A stretch of DNA of 64,000 bases from Tubiluchus corallicola (Eukaryota; Animalia; Priapulida). Location of the stretch: positions 163,742 to 227,741 of the forward strand of contig JAQGDQ010000346.1 in assembly GCA_030141605.1 (NCBI GenBank). The letters run 5' to 3'. Made by a program: the position numbers and the translations under genes. A model generated the notes under the pieces. The model did not search any database. It saw only the letters and a list, made by a program, of their open reading frames with translations, and was not told the DNA's origin. This document shows, in pieces, positions 51,166 through 64,000 of the stretch (the first letter of the stretch is position 1; each line of letters begins with the position of its first letter).

Positions 51166-52384
51166 TTTCGCTGACCTTTTCCGGAAGCTCAAAGTTAAAA
51201 TGCATAGGCTTATTATCATAACTATCCCAGTCTCGTGTTATGAGCCTGATGAGCTTCAGACACCTTTCCTGAGCTCTTTCAAACAGGAAAGCTAATCTAG
51301 TCCTATCAATAATACTTTACTCCTAACCTTTACATACAAATGTCATTGCTTGGGCGGATTATATCACACGTTTGATAACTAAACGCCTGTTTGCGACTAC
51401 CACGTGCGTTTTGTACACTGTCTTGCGTGTCTCCAACACAATCGCTGCAAATATAATCTTATATTCAACATGAAAAGAAGCTCAACAAAAAAGAGCAGAA
51501 GCTGTTGTCTAGGCAACCGAAGGTGTAGTGACTCATGATCATCGCTAGTTATCTTTATTTCCTGTCTCACTCATCTTTCGCTCTTACTGGGAGAGACGCG
51601 ATGACACATAATTATAGCCTGTAGGACTACCTTCTTGCAGTGGATTATTACAGGGTTTTCGTTCAAAGCAGGATCTGTACAAATGCAACAGGCTCTGAAC
51701 TCAGATGAAGTCAATGTATCGTCAGGTGTTAGAGAAACTACGTTCAACATTTTAAAACCTAGGCTGCCAAAACGTCGCATCGTATTTGACAAAGAGACAA
51801 ACGTCTACCGTAAATCAAAACTTTTCATTCTTACACGCAATTATTGTAAAACCAGTAGCATTGTGGCCAACTAGAAAACATTAGCATTTTATCCGTGACA
51901 AATGGAAGCAGTTAAGCACGTTACTGTTGGAACCCAGTAGATCGCATCTAAATTAAAACTGCGTTCGTATTTACACTAAACATTAATAATTTGAAATGCC
52001 TCAAAAATAAGGCGCACCGTAATTTTTGTTTATGTAAGGTATACAGCATCAATTAACATCAACAATGATTTTCACTTCTCCATGGTTTTCGCCTCCATAT
52101 TTCTTTCACAGAAATGGCTTCAAAGTGAGTAGCATCACCAGGTTTGGTAACCATGGGCTTATTATGACTTTCATTTCATCTTTGTTATTTTGTCTTTATT
52201 ATGAGCTTGACCCCGTATTTCAAATTTTACCTTTATCGTTACCTGTACCCACGCATTTCAGTTTTTACCTTTATTTTCACTTTGACCCGTGTATTTCGAT
52301 TTTACCTTTATTGTGACCTTCACCCCTGCACTTCACATTTTACCTCAGTTTAAAAATCAATTAGGAAATACTTTACGGCATATA

Positions 52385-52850
52385 ACCAATAACAATGACA
52401 ACAACAGCAACGACAACAGTAGCAGCGACAGTGACAGTGACAGTGACAATGGCAACGACAATAACAACAATAACAAAAACAACAACAATATATTGTTAAA
52501 AGTAAGCTATATGGAAGGTCCAAAACTAAAATGTATGAATGACATATATGTACCGGATGCAGTTAACTGCTTTGGTAGTTTGAGGCTGTTGTTAAATAGC
52601 ACGTAACTAATCACCTGCATTAATTATTAACGGTTTACTTTAAGCATTTTTTGGAGTACTGATAAAAGATTGATGATGATGATGACGATGATCATGATTA
52701 CGATGACGATGACGATAACGATGATGATGACGATTACGATTACGATTACAATGATGATGGTGATGACGATGATGATGATAATGATGATGATGATGATGAT
52801 GACGATGACGACGACGACGACGATAATGATGATAACTTTGATGACACTAA
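52385..52850. repeat. Trinucleotide microsatellites (AAC/GAC) at 52385-52490 and (GAT/GAC) at 52668-52850
   Basis: Directly visible; source of poly-N/D and poly-M/S ORFs. Confidence 0.95.
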
Positions 52851-54449
52851 TTTTGAACTAGCGGTCCTTTTGCAATTATGATCAGTACCACCATTATTAT
52901 CAAAGATCTTGCCATAATAATTGTGATAGTAAGTATAAAAAGGCATATATGTTACATAAGCGTACGTGCTGTTACTCATGTAAATTTTGCTCCTATCAAA
53001 AAGATAGGCTTCAGTCATCTATGTACAGATCTGCACTAAGTATCTAAATCAAAAAACGGTTCATAGGAAGCGCATTTTGCAGAGCCGATAAAGGTATCAA
53101 AACCGAAACTTATCACTCTTGTTTGCCATATAAGAGCTCAAAGAAAAGAAGTGACTGAAATCAGCTTAGACCCTGGACGGCGTGGGCGGCGTGAGCTCAT
53201 TTGACCTGGAGAACACAGTAACAAAAAAGGTAACCGTTTATATTTTTGTATTTTTTTCGTATTCTTGAAGTATTATTGCCTCATAGATCTCGAACGCCAA
53301 GTATAATTTTGTAAAACGAATTTTCATGAACCTTGTACACGCATTTGATTATTGTGTGCTTTTTGGTGTATAATGTGCATGCTTATTTTGCCGATTAAAT
53401 TGTTTATTGCATTGAAAACTGAAAATTGAAAAAACCAAAACTAGTTTTCCCAATTGTGGTCAGAACGCACTGGCAGAATGTACTGGTTAAATGCCTGTAG
53501 TTCTGTGGTTAACTGTCAATTTATCGAATTAGTAAAGGTTATTTCAAATAAGCTAAGCGAGTGGTCATTGGTCAGTGTTGACCAAGATAACTTCGCATTC
53601 TGCACTTGACATAAGTGTACTCCTATCCCTCACGAGAACTACAACATTTATTAAAACTGACAGGTCACAAGAATTAACCTAAAATTGTGGCCGTAGGCAC
53701 AGTTCAAAGTAGTAATAGTAAATTTATTGACTAGTGACGGTCCATTCAAACTAGTTACAAATAATTTCAAAAATTGCAAGGCAGGTTAGTTATAATAAAA
53801 ATATGATCATTTGAAAATAATCAAGCCATACATTTGCAAAATACAACACTATTTTTCGCTACAAGAGTGCCAGTAAATCACTACTGTCGTGATTTTGTTT
53901 TTCTTCTTGCTGTTTAGATAACTGCCTAAACACTGCCAAAAGTCACAACATTCTTGATATACCCAGGTAGTTTATAAATGTATTCGTTGATTTTGTCGAA
54001 GCTTTTTTCAGCTACATACTTAAATTGTAATAGTGAGTTATAAAAGGCTGTGTAACTGAAAGTGATGTTAATCAGTAAAGACAGATACGTTCATCCAGAA
54101 ATACAATTTCTCCCAGAAAATTTCTTACCACAATATTTGTAAATCCTACATGTAAATGATTGGACCAAAACTCTAAGTCGTTCTATATGAGCAAATGATT
54201 TTCTTTAAATCTGTTATAAAGCGAGTTTTTAGTCTATCAATCGTAAACATTAGACATTTTAACTTTAGCTTTGTGTTAATATGGTTAACTGACTGAACTC
54301 ACTGAATCCATTTATTGTATATGATTCTTGCATTATAATAGCAACAAATTGTTTGAGTGCTTACTCGTTTACTCACACTCCCTTTCACACACTCAACATG
54401 AAAGTTGATAAAATAGAAAACGTCATTGGTGAAACTGATTTTCTCATTT

Positions 54450-54526
54450 ATATTATTATTGATGTTGTTGTTGTCATTATCATCATCATCATCATCATCA
54501 TCTTCATCATCATCATCATCATCATT

Positions 54527-54564
<38 letters not shown>

Positions 54565-54567
54565 TAT
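54450..54567. repeat. (ATC)n microsatellite
   Basis: Directly visible. Confidence 0.97.
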
Positions 54568-55594
54568 AGGCAAAACAGCTTCGTTAATTGGCATAAATAG
54601 ACATACAAACATTTTAATAAAATGAAATAAGTTGGCTAACTTCAAGCGCAAAAGCGCTGTATATTCAAGACATCTATGCGCTTGTTTTTCGAAGATCTAT
54701 TTCACCTCTAGAACTACTATGGTGAGTATGTTAGAGCTAATTCTTCAGAGTAACTATAACTTTTCTATTACAGATATTGACATTTTGCATCGTCATGTTA
54801 CAATTAAGAAATGGTTTTTGGCATACGTGTCGCCACATAACTCATTAACTTACACTTCTGGTCAACAACTAATAACGGTGTATCAGCATAACAACAAAGT
54901 ATATTATTGCATTACAAATAAACATGACGTATCTTGTAATAAACAGAAATTTCATATCTAGGAATTTTATAAGCATTTAGATGTCATAGAGTCCGACCCA
55001 ACAACAGTTTTTGGCAATTATTCGCCCATGACATAGCTATGAAGTCTTGCTTTGATGTAGTGTTTTGAATTCTTCTGTTAACTTTCCATTTACTTTTCTT
55101 TACTCTTTTTTCTCTTCTCTTCTCTTCTCTTTTCTTTTCTTTTCTATTCTTTTCTTTTCGTTTCTTTCCCTTTCTGTTTTGTATTTGTTTTATTATACAT
55201 ATATCAAGGATTATCTCAAGTACTGAACTTAAAATTTGAAACTAGTTTTAACAAAATGGTTTTTCACAAAGTAAGTATAATTCCCAATGATCAAGTATTC
55301 GTTAAATCAGAATTAATTACACTTTTCTTTGTTCTAGCGTAATAAGAATGTTGTAAGGTGAGGAGATATCTGAAAGATGATTCGGACTGGATTCTAGACA
55401 ACATAGGTCGGATTGCAATCAAGAAATGGCTCTTGGTACATCACGCTTAATTACACAATTTTTCATTAGGTTTCGCATTGTTCGCATTCAGTCGACTCGT
55501 TCAACAAAGTTGAAACACCTTTATACGAAGAATAAAAAGACCTCTTTATTTTAAGTTCAGTTCCAATAAAAAAGGGTTTTCTATTGGCTAATAT

Positions 55595-56238
55595 CAGGGC
55601 CGGCTCTAGGCAGTTGGACACGCCCTAGGCAAATATTATTTTAGCGCCCCCTCCTCAGCGTCCAACCTCTTCCCGCGTTCTCATGCACCCACGCACAAAA
55701 TTGAATTCTTGTAGTATATAATAAAGTATAATGGTACTTATGTGTTAAACTTATGCATGAAAGTGCAGTAATTAACTGTGGTTAATGACCTATATAGTTA
55801 TACCTATACAGCTTGTGTTGATATCATTTGAAATGGAATTTTTGACCTCAATTGTACGTCCTCTTCATGTACACTTGCTCTTACCTAGAATTTCTCTCGG
55901 CCTATTCATCCGCAAATTTTTTGAAACGTTGACTCCTTTTTTCATATACATCCATTTCACTAGTTTCATCAAGGTCGTTAGCGAATCTTTTTGCTGTTTA
56001 ATGTCCACCAACTTTTTTACCATTCGTTTCCTATATTACGGTCCTGAAGGCTTCGATTTCTTATCTCAAAACGAAAATAACACAAGTACGAGTTCGTTTC
56101 ATTTAATTAAAATGTTGTGTGCTTAAGCAATTACACATTATGTTATTACTTATGCTAAACTTAAAAATGAAGGCAATTCTTTCATAATGTGGCGCCCTAG
56201 GCAACTGCCTAGTTTGCTTAGTGGTAAAGCTGGCCCTG
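55595..56238 (-). mobile_element. Internally deleted hAT DNA transposon
   Basis: TIR CAGGGCCGGCT...AGCTGGCCCTG; 8-bp TSD GCTAATAT/GTTAATAT; subterminal CGCCCTAGGCA repeats; minus-strand remnant KKSKPSGP*YRKRMVKKLVDIKQQKDSL resembles the N-terminus of ZMYM1-like hAT transposases. Confidence 0.85.
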
Positions 56239-59200
56239 GTTAATATCATTTTTAGTTTTGTTTAAAAGTTTCTTCGAATGTGGTCCATGATAATGAATGC
56301 ATTTTAAAGTTCTGAGAATGCCAAGCTTAAAGGTAATGCCAAGCTTAAAGGTAATTCCGACTGGACTGTGGACGGCATAGGTCAGATTTCACAAATGACG
56401 TTGATGCATGCACGCTCAACTGCACAATTTGCCACAAGGTGTTGCATCACTCGTAAACATACACCACACAAACAAAATTTGAAACCTACAAGCAACACGA
56501 ATCCATTCCCATTATATTAATTCATTCTATAAAAGGCATTTCTCGCGCATAACTCGAGCTTATACGTGCGCCTCAGGAGGTGCTAACAATACACAACAAA
56601 AATTTCATTACGAAAATGTGATACTAAGTGATTGGTTCCGGTACGTAACACCTCTCTGACCTCACAACGGTTAGGTACTGAGTACATTTTGTAAATTACG
56701 CATAAATTAGTGTTATTGAGACCAGTGTGAAATCGAGAATTTTTGAAAGACTCGCAAACGCGTTTCTGATCCATTCACATACAGTGAGGTTTTTATTTGC
56801 TGAAAACGTCTTTTATTTGCCGGTAAACAAAAAGAAATCAATATTAAAAACCGGAAAGTTATAATAGAAGCTAAGACTAAAATGTGAACAATGAAAAACA
56901 ATAAATATGTAAATGCATTGTTTTCTCTATACTATACGTTCTATTATTTATTAGAATGTCTCGAGAGCGATAGTGCGAACCCACAATTAATTGAACTTTG
57001 ATTTTAGAAACCACATTTTGAAAAACAAGTAATGTAAAAACACAGCTTAGGTTTGAACCAAGAACCTTCTCTTTGCATTCAATTAACTGTTGCTGCGTAC
57101 AATCATTAAAATAATCTTAATATTAAGCTTACACGTAATTAATTATTTACCCACGGAAAATTTGGATTCAAAATCTAACGAAATTAAATTTAATCTAATT
57201 AGTTAATTCTAAATGCTGAAACTGACTGACGAGCTATAAGGGATGAACCACCAAGGTCGCTGGAGAACATGGTTGTCTAGCGTTATTTGTTTAGTTTGGC
57301 TTCAAATTCAATTACTTGTATCATCATTACTAAACATAAATAAGTCCCAAGTGCCAGGCACTGTCCTGCGGCATTAAATATTTAGTAGTTGTCTCATCAC
57401 TATTCTATAGTACGCGATTGAGTAGACACCTGTGGAGCTGTGGATAGAACATATTCTAAATAACTTTTTGTTTCAATAACTTTTTTTGTCACTTATTGTC
57501 CTGTCAACTGGCGCATTGATATTGCAGCACTTGAAGACGGGCAAATTTACAAGTATACTCTACTGAAGCGTAATTACAACAGTTTAGTTTGGATGAGCTA
57601 AGTGAAGCTAAAACACAAAAAACCCTCCACTTACATGAAGATTAAAAAACTCGCATTGAAATCTTATACCGCTTACATGCTGCCGTTTTGCATACAGGGG
57701 TTACGTCGGCAGTAACACTGATAACACGGAGTAAAGTTTCAAAAAAATAATCAGAACATTCGTAGCGCACACGTCACTAACTAAGTAAAACTTTAAATTA
57801 CCTTGCCTATACGATTAAAAGTACGTTTTTGGTTAGTGAGTAGGGCACCTTGGATGTGTATCAACGACATTTTACCAATTGGTGAAAACATTTTAAATAA
57901 TTAATAATTTTCTTTCTTGCTACGTAAGTCTTTCAAGCAGGTAAGCGAAATACTAAGTAACATAACTTTGCATGGAAAGTTTTTGGGACATAGATAGTTT
58001 AACAATTTCTTTTTCCCTGATTTACGTTGTGCACGGTCAGAACAGTATCGTGGGAAATACAAAATGAAAACAAAAACAAACAAAAAATGCACACGTATGA
58101 TATACGTATAAAACTGCTATAAAATAATATAATTTTTAAGGCGGTTTTTCTGAAACCTATTCCAGGCATGCCTTTTCCTGTCCTTTATGCAATTCTGATT
58201 ATTTAACGCCAAAATATAGGCTTTCAGCTGGAGGAGGGGCCTCTGCGGTGCACACATTTTATTTGCTGAGCTCAACAGCAATTTTACCTACGTGTAATTA
58301 AAAATTATAATTCTCTGCAAAAAACAGAAATTTGAAGTACATACATACGAGAAAATTCATAATTGCAACACAGGCAGATAATTATCATGAAAACTAATAG
58401 TGATGCAACAAAACACGTATTTAACAAAGCTAATTGCTGGGCCCATAATAAAAACTAATAATCTCAGATTTTCCTATTTAAGGTTGGCTGCCTAGTGGAA
58501 TAGGATCCATTCCCCATGGAAAATTCCCCATAGGAGTGAAATGGGAAACATGTAGTACCCATAACAAAAAGCACAAGTTTTATCACAAAAAAACGAAACG
58601 ATACCCAGGGTTAGTATTTGAAACTTTTTTCAAATGCGAAAAACTTTTTGGGCTCACTATTATCTCAATAAACACAAAATATAATTAAATAAACTATTAC
58701 TGAACTGAATAAATATAAAAGACGTATCTCTAAAGGTCTATTAAGAAAAATATGTATTAAATTTTGTATGCATTACGTACTACTATGTATTAAAGTTAAT
58801 ATTCATTTTCGGCGCGGAAGTTTGCAATGACTGCAGGGCTAAATGCCCATTTTTTGCACAATGGAAATAAAAAATGCCCACTAGATATTTTCGTTGCAAT
58901 AAAAGACATTAGTTCTTTTACAGCATATACCATGTGCAATTAAAATAAAAATTAAAATTACAAAAGTTCACAAACGTATATACAAAAATAAAATAAATGC
59001 GCCTCAAAAATAGGATAATGAATGTACCACAGAAAGTACATGTAATAAACCCTGTAAAGGATATAAGGCAAACGCAAGAAATTAAGTGACTCAGATAAGT
59101 TTCTGGACAATTTTTATGATTTGTTATAATGCATAATTGCAGCTACGTGAAGGACTTTTGGTTTCAACTGATTTCAGAAGTTCGTAATTTTGAATTTTCA

Positions 59201-59759
59201 ATAACATATTCCAATAATAGGTTACGTGTACTGTCTTCCCGTGGCAGCTCCTGATGAAAACTCACAACCAAAAGAATAAGGCAGCCCAAAGGTTCGCAAT
59301 AGAAGTTTTGGACGCCACAAAGCCACATTCGCTGATTGCTAAAAAGGAGCAAAACAAGAATCAAAGTATCTTATCCTACCCAAATCCAGTCCAGCCTAAC
59401 TTACAATATTTAAAGCTTAAATCAAAATCGGGTAGTATATGAAAAATCATCCTGTCTTCCTTTAAGCACGGTCAAAGTCAACTGTCTAAGCAAAATACAG
59501 CAAACGATTGAGTTGTGCATAAAACAGACCTAACAAGCCGTACCTGGTGAAATCACGCAGCGCTAATTATTAAACAGTTAACAAGCCCCGAGTGATGCAA
59601 GCTGTTGTAAAGCGGCGATTAACAGCCATGTAACAAGCATGCATCACTGCTACTGAACACTTGTAGTAACATTAATGATTCATGTCCAAGCGTAGACGAT
59701 GATAATTATGCAGCCGCAAGCTTTGGAGAGACGTCTGTTAAACATTATCAAGAAATCGC

Positions 59760-59760
<1 letters not shown>

Positions 59761-59802
<42 letters not shown>

Positions 59803-59856
59803 GCTCTCTCTCTCTTTCCCTCTTTCTCTCCCTCTCTCTCTCTCTGTCTGTCTGCC

Positions 59857-59934
<78 letters not shown>

Positions 59935-60060
59935 CCTCCCTCCCTCCATCCATCCATCCATCCATCCATCCATCCATCCATCTATCTATCTATCTCTTTC
60001 TCTCTCTCGCTGTCTCTTCTCTCCCGTTTTCTCTCCCTCTCGCTCTCCTTTCTCTTGCTC
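59761..60060. repeat. Compound microsatellite (CT)n-(CTGT)n-(CT)n-(CCAT)n
   Basis: Directly visible. Confidence 0.97.
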
Positions 60061-62385
60061 GTTATAGTAATACTAACTTGCAGTTAACGAAGCAGCTCTC
60101 CAGTAAAACAACTACACCTGTGACCTAATCATACTGAGCAGGATGATATCAGAGTCGAGTAATAGTAGTGCAAAGCTGGGTATTTTATATTGCTGAGATT
60201 AATGGTGAGCTACAGCCTCCTTGACATTTCCCAAATAAACACGCTACTCAAGACTACTCAAAAACAGACGGGGTGGCTCATTGGGCATTTTTATTGGAGT
60301 AAAAATGAACTACAGCCTGACGGTCTATGTAACTGTGGAAAGCTCCAGCAACACCAGTTTACACAGTTATAAAAGACTTCATAGCAATTAATATGCACAT
60401 GCAAGCTTCATACATGAAAGTACAAGACTGACAGGGAACTGGGGCGATTTATGGTGGAATGTCGTCGGCCCTGCACTAAATATTAAATTATTTAACAGTC
60501 GCTTAAATAAATTTAACATACATTTTTTGTACATAATAGACGCAAGTAAGTAATCAATCTCTTTGTATCCTTACTACACTCTTGCAAATATTGCACTTAT
60601 AAACGTTTTGCCAACATGTTTTGTTATATTGTTTCTGTTATGTTTTACCATTGGATGTGAATAAAATAAATAAATAAAGACTTCTTGCGCTTTTCCCGGT
60701 TCTTGGAAAAAATCTGATTATTCACTTTTATCCGCGAGTGCTAGCGTCACGAATCTAGAAGAAGGAGACTCGACTAGAATCGCTACTTTTCTGGATGTTG
60801 TTGTTCTTGTTTGAGATGACATTTTGAAAAAATCTAAGGCCCAGCCAGTTTGCAACTGATCGCCACAAAGCGATGATTAGCTAGGATGCCTTTGGTTCAA
60901 AACAAAAAATTGTAGCAATTCGTTATCTAGTTAATTAATTAAAGTTGTTTAATTAATTAATAATATTTTTTTAATCGACTAAATAAAAAACACAGATAAT
61001 ATAAGTGTTCGAACTGTTGCCTAGCCACGTCCACCCAAATTAAATTTTGACGTCACAGTTACGTAATCGCTACTAATAATACGTGAATACGCATTAACTG
61101 TGCTATGCTTTTGGTAAAACTATCTACTGACTAGCATCATTATCACAAAAATTAGACATGTGCAGTCATGCCTGTCATAAGCCTAAGAGGCGATGGAAAT
61201 GTTTAAACTGATAATGGCCAATTTTTCGTATATCATAATGATTGCTAATTGTCTTTTTAATACCCATTAATGGCTTTGATGCACGGCAACTTTTCTTAAT
61301 CAAAGCTGGTAAATTTCTATCATGCACCATGCTGACACAAAATATGGCTGTTCTATGATCTGGTTGATGAGAACAGGTCGCAAACTAAGCAGCCAGTCAG
61401 CTATTCAGCCACTCGGTCACTCATACAATCAGTCAGCCAATCGGTCAGCCAGCCAGCCAGCTGGTAAGTCAGTCAATCTGTATCAGTCAGTCGGTCAGTC
61501 AGTCTGTTCACGCCGAGGCAGTGAGCCAGCAAGCCAATTCGTAAAACTATTTTAATCAGCTGTAAAATAGTTAGCCAGTCGCTCAGTTAGCTGAACCACG
61601 AAAGACAGCCAGCTACTAATTTTACAGCGCTGTAAAACCACAAATTTTAACCGTGTGCTCCATTACGGTACAAACGGGTTAAAAGAAAGTAGTTTGTATG
61701 CAAATAATGTTGTGCTTAGGTTTTCTAGACGTAATCATTGCAGTCAAACCTATGAGGTTTCGCTCATAATTAAACGCCAGTCTAGTGTGTCTGCTGCTTA
61801 GCTAGGTGAGTTAATTTTGCTTTTAATTTTTGTCCAGCAAAACAAACATGGGGAAAAGATAGTGCAAAATAATGATGATAAGGCGCTTTTAGAGTTTATA
61901 AAAAACTTGATTAGCTCTGTATATTTTGAAGCTGAACATCTTCTGCGTTTGTTTATTAACAACTTAATGTATCACAGTTATGCAGAAGCAAAAAGGAAAT
62001 AACATATCAAACTTAGAAGACCTGCACTTTTTAGTTTACTGAAAGACAAAGAAGCAGGATGGATGGTACAGAATAAAAGATGGCGCAGGTAATAATAACA
62101 AAGAAAAAAGAGCTCACTTGGGGAAATAGAAAAAAATGGCACACCTAATAAAACATGAGTGAATTTAGAGCTTCTTCTTTTGAAGAGTTCTAGTCGTCTT
62201 CCACATAGAGGGGTGTCTGCTAGGGTTAGGTTTAGTCTTGGAATGAGGCGCTATTTTTTCTCATTTTTTAGTTCTTCCTGTACCAGCTTTACCGTGCATC
62301 GTTACCTGTGCCATTATTACATGTGGCACTTTTATGTACATTCCGCGGAATGTAATATTAATGTTAAATAGGCCAGAATGCACCG

Positions 62386-62391
<6 letters not shown>

Positions 62392-62456
<65 letters not shown>

Positions 62457-62486
62457 CTCTGCCTCTCTTCTTTCTCTCTCTCTCTC
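62392..62486. repeat. (CT)n microsatellite
   Basis: Directly visible. Confidence 0.97.
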
Positions 62487-64000
62487 CACACCTCGCTTAC
62501 TTTTACTACATATTAGTTCGTCTAGTTATTATAAGATGGAACAAAGATTTACCGTCACATTCTATACAAAATGAAATTACTGACCACCATTGCCATAATA
62601 CCTGCATCAGCCCTGTTTAATTCCATTCACTTGAATCAATTTCGTGTGCACGTGTCACGATCGTTTAGCCTTGGACCCTAAAGCAAAACTAGCGCGCAGT
62701 AGAAGGTATTCACGCGTCTAAATCCCCAAGGAAATGAGGCAAAATGCATGAAGATTTCCTCAGTGTTTTCATCGGATCTGAATAGCTAGAGCAAGACTGT
62801 AGGTGTCGCTGTAAATACGTTACCGGACGTCACACTTTTTGGGAGAAGCCATACTGCTTCCCTCCCATGTGGCACGGTAAAGTTGACTCTTTTTATTGCT
62901 GTATTACTTTATAACCTGTTTATTACTTGTTAAGGACTTCCCAGTACAAGTATCTTTCTAGGAGGAATCTGTCGTATCAAGAAAGGCGTATTTGAGGTAC
63001 CTCGGAGAAGCCAGTTGAGGGTTGACCAACCTGTCCCGCAATGCCTAGTGTTCATAAATCTCGCCTGCGTGTGACAACTTGTTTCGTAATGGATTGTACA
63101 GCAAGAGCACGTGTCTGACTCAGTCACACGAATGTCTCCCGGCCGTCTAGCATTCCACTATCGACATTCTAGTAAGAGAATGAAAAAACGTCTCACCTCC
63201 TCGAGTCTCTCTCTCTCCCTCTCTCTCTCTCTCGTGTGGCATGCCAAAATAATCACAAAAACGTAATGTAGAACAAGAAATATTTTGTCCTTCTACCTTT
63301 GGCGTTGAAAATTCTTAAATTTCGACTTTTTCATTTGCACAGCTAGAATGTAATCTTAGCTCCTAAGAAAAGACAAACAGCTCACTTGTCTACCTACACT
63401 TCTGCGCCCTATAAACAAATCCGCCTCGTATGTACGAAACGTGAATCCGTGGTGGATCAATGCTGAAGACAAAGGCGCGATGGTGTTAGAAGTAGCCTCA
63501 GGTAGCACCTACCGAGTGCACGTATGATAGGAATCCGTATTACATTTAGGTATGCCTAGATTTCATCAATACTAAACGATATGCGACGAAATGGAAGCAG
63601 TCAGGTATTTGCCCTTTATCTTTACGGCACATTCGACATCACTGAATTTAGTATTTTGCAACCTTGATCATTGTTAAGGAAGCTGTTGGTTTATTTATAA
63701 ATAATAAAAACTAAAGTACGTTCATAAGTAAAATGCTTAATCTAATTTTTTGAATTTTGTATGTCATTCTTACTCAAAGGGTCAAAATCAGTCGGAATAT
63801 GTAATAACCCATACAAAGACACCAGATATTTAGCGAAGTTGTTGTGAGTATAATAAAAATATTAAAGACAGTACCTGAATTTTTCGATGAGAACTACTGT
63901 TTTTTTCTTACCAAAGTCTTTTTCTACCTTGCACAAATTTACAAGGTACAAAAGTAGTATTAAATTACTATATTATGAGATTTATCACAAACTGTACACT

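Noticed and set aside
51225-51295. CTGATGA followed by a hairpin (GAGCTTCAG...CTGAGCTC) as a hammerhead ribozyme
   Set aside because: No GAAA directly after the stem and no convincing stem III pairing.
51641-51808. Possible plus-strand coding exon (MQQALNSDEVNVSSGVRETTFNILKPRLPKRRIVFDKETNVY) and nearby exon-like pieces at 52111 and 53030-53229
   Set aside because: It has an AG and a weak GT border, but I could not chain it into an open multi-exon frame or recognise a domain; RNA-seq would be needed.
28384-62620. Long low-complexity ORFs (SQSV, poly-F/S, poly-M/I, RERE, LSLS) at 28.4, 50.6, 52.7, 54.4, 59.7 and 62.3 kb
   Set aside because: They are translations of microsatellites without splice or homology support.

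Overview
AT-rich eukaryotic (invertebrate-looking) genomic DNA with spliceosomal introns; nothing prokaryotic and no CRISPR. (1) 1-26 kb, minus strand: a secreted animal heme peroxidase (chorion-peroxidase/peroxinectin-like). I reconstructed 14 exons by hand with consistent GT..AG phases, giving at least 794 codons that run off the left edge, and found two phase-compatible candidate first exons. (2) 31.4-43.5 kb, minus strand: a tandem family of type-I membrane proteins. Copy A (475 aa) has a signal peptide, a CBM2-like Trp/Cys beta domain, a Kunitz domain with a ~57-aa Gly/Tyr/Pro-rich insertion at the reactive loop, a second Kunitz domain, a TM helix, and a tail with PPxY and an ITAM-spaced tyrosine pair. 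Copy B (250 aa) keeps a very similar CBM2-like domain and TM but lacks both Kunitz exons, has lost the three motif tyrosines and is frameshift-truncated. A third, decayed tail exon lies between them. This looks like a signalling/decoy pair of polysaccharide-binding receptors (inference). (3) 43.5-64 kb is mostly non-coding: a hAT element with a transposase remnant, an inverted Penelope-type hammerhead-like pair, a GC-rich fold-back, microsatellites and exon-like but stop-interrupted blocks near 63 kb. Other repeats in the window: a hAT MITE, an RTE-like LINE fragment, 5S-derived pieces and a 26-bp minisatellite. All domain calls are by eye; no searches were run.
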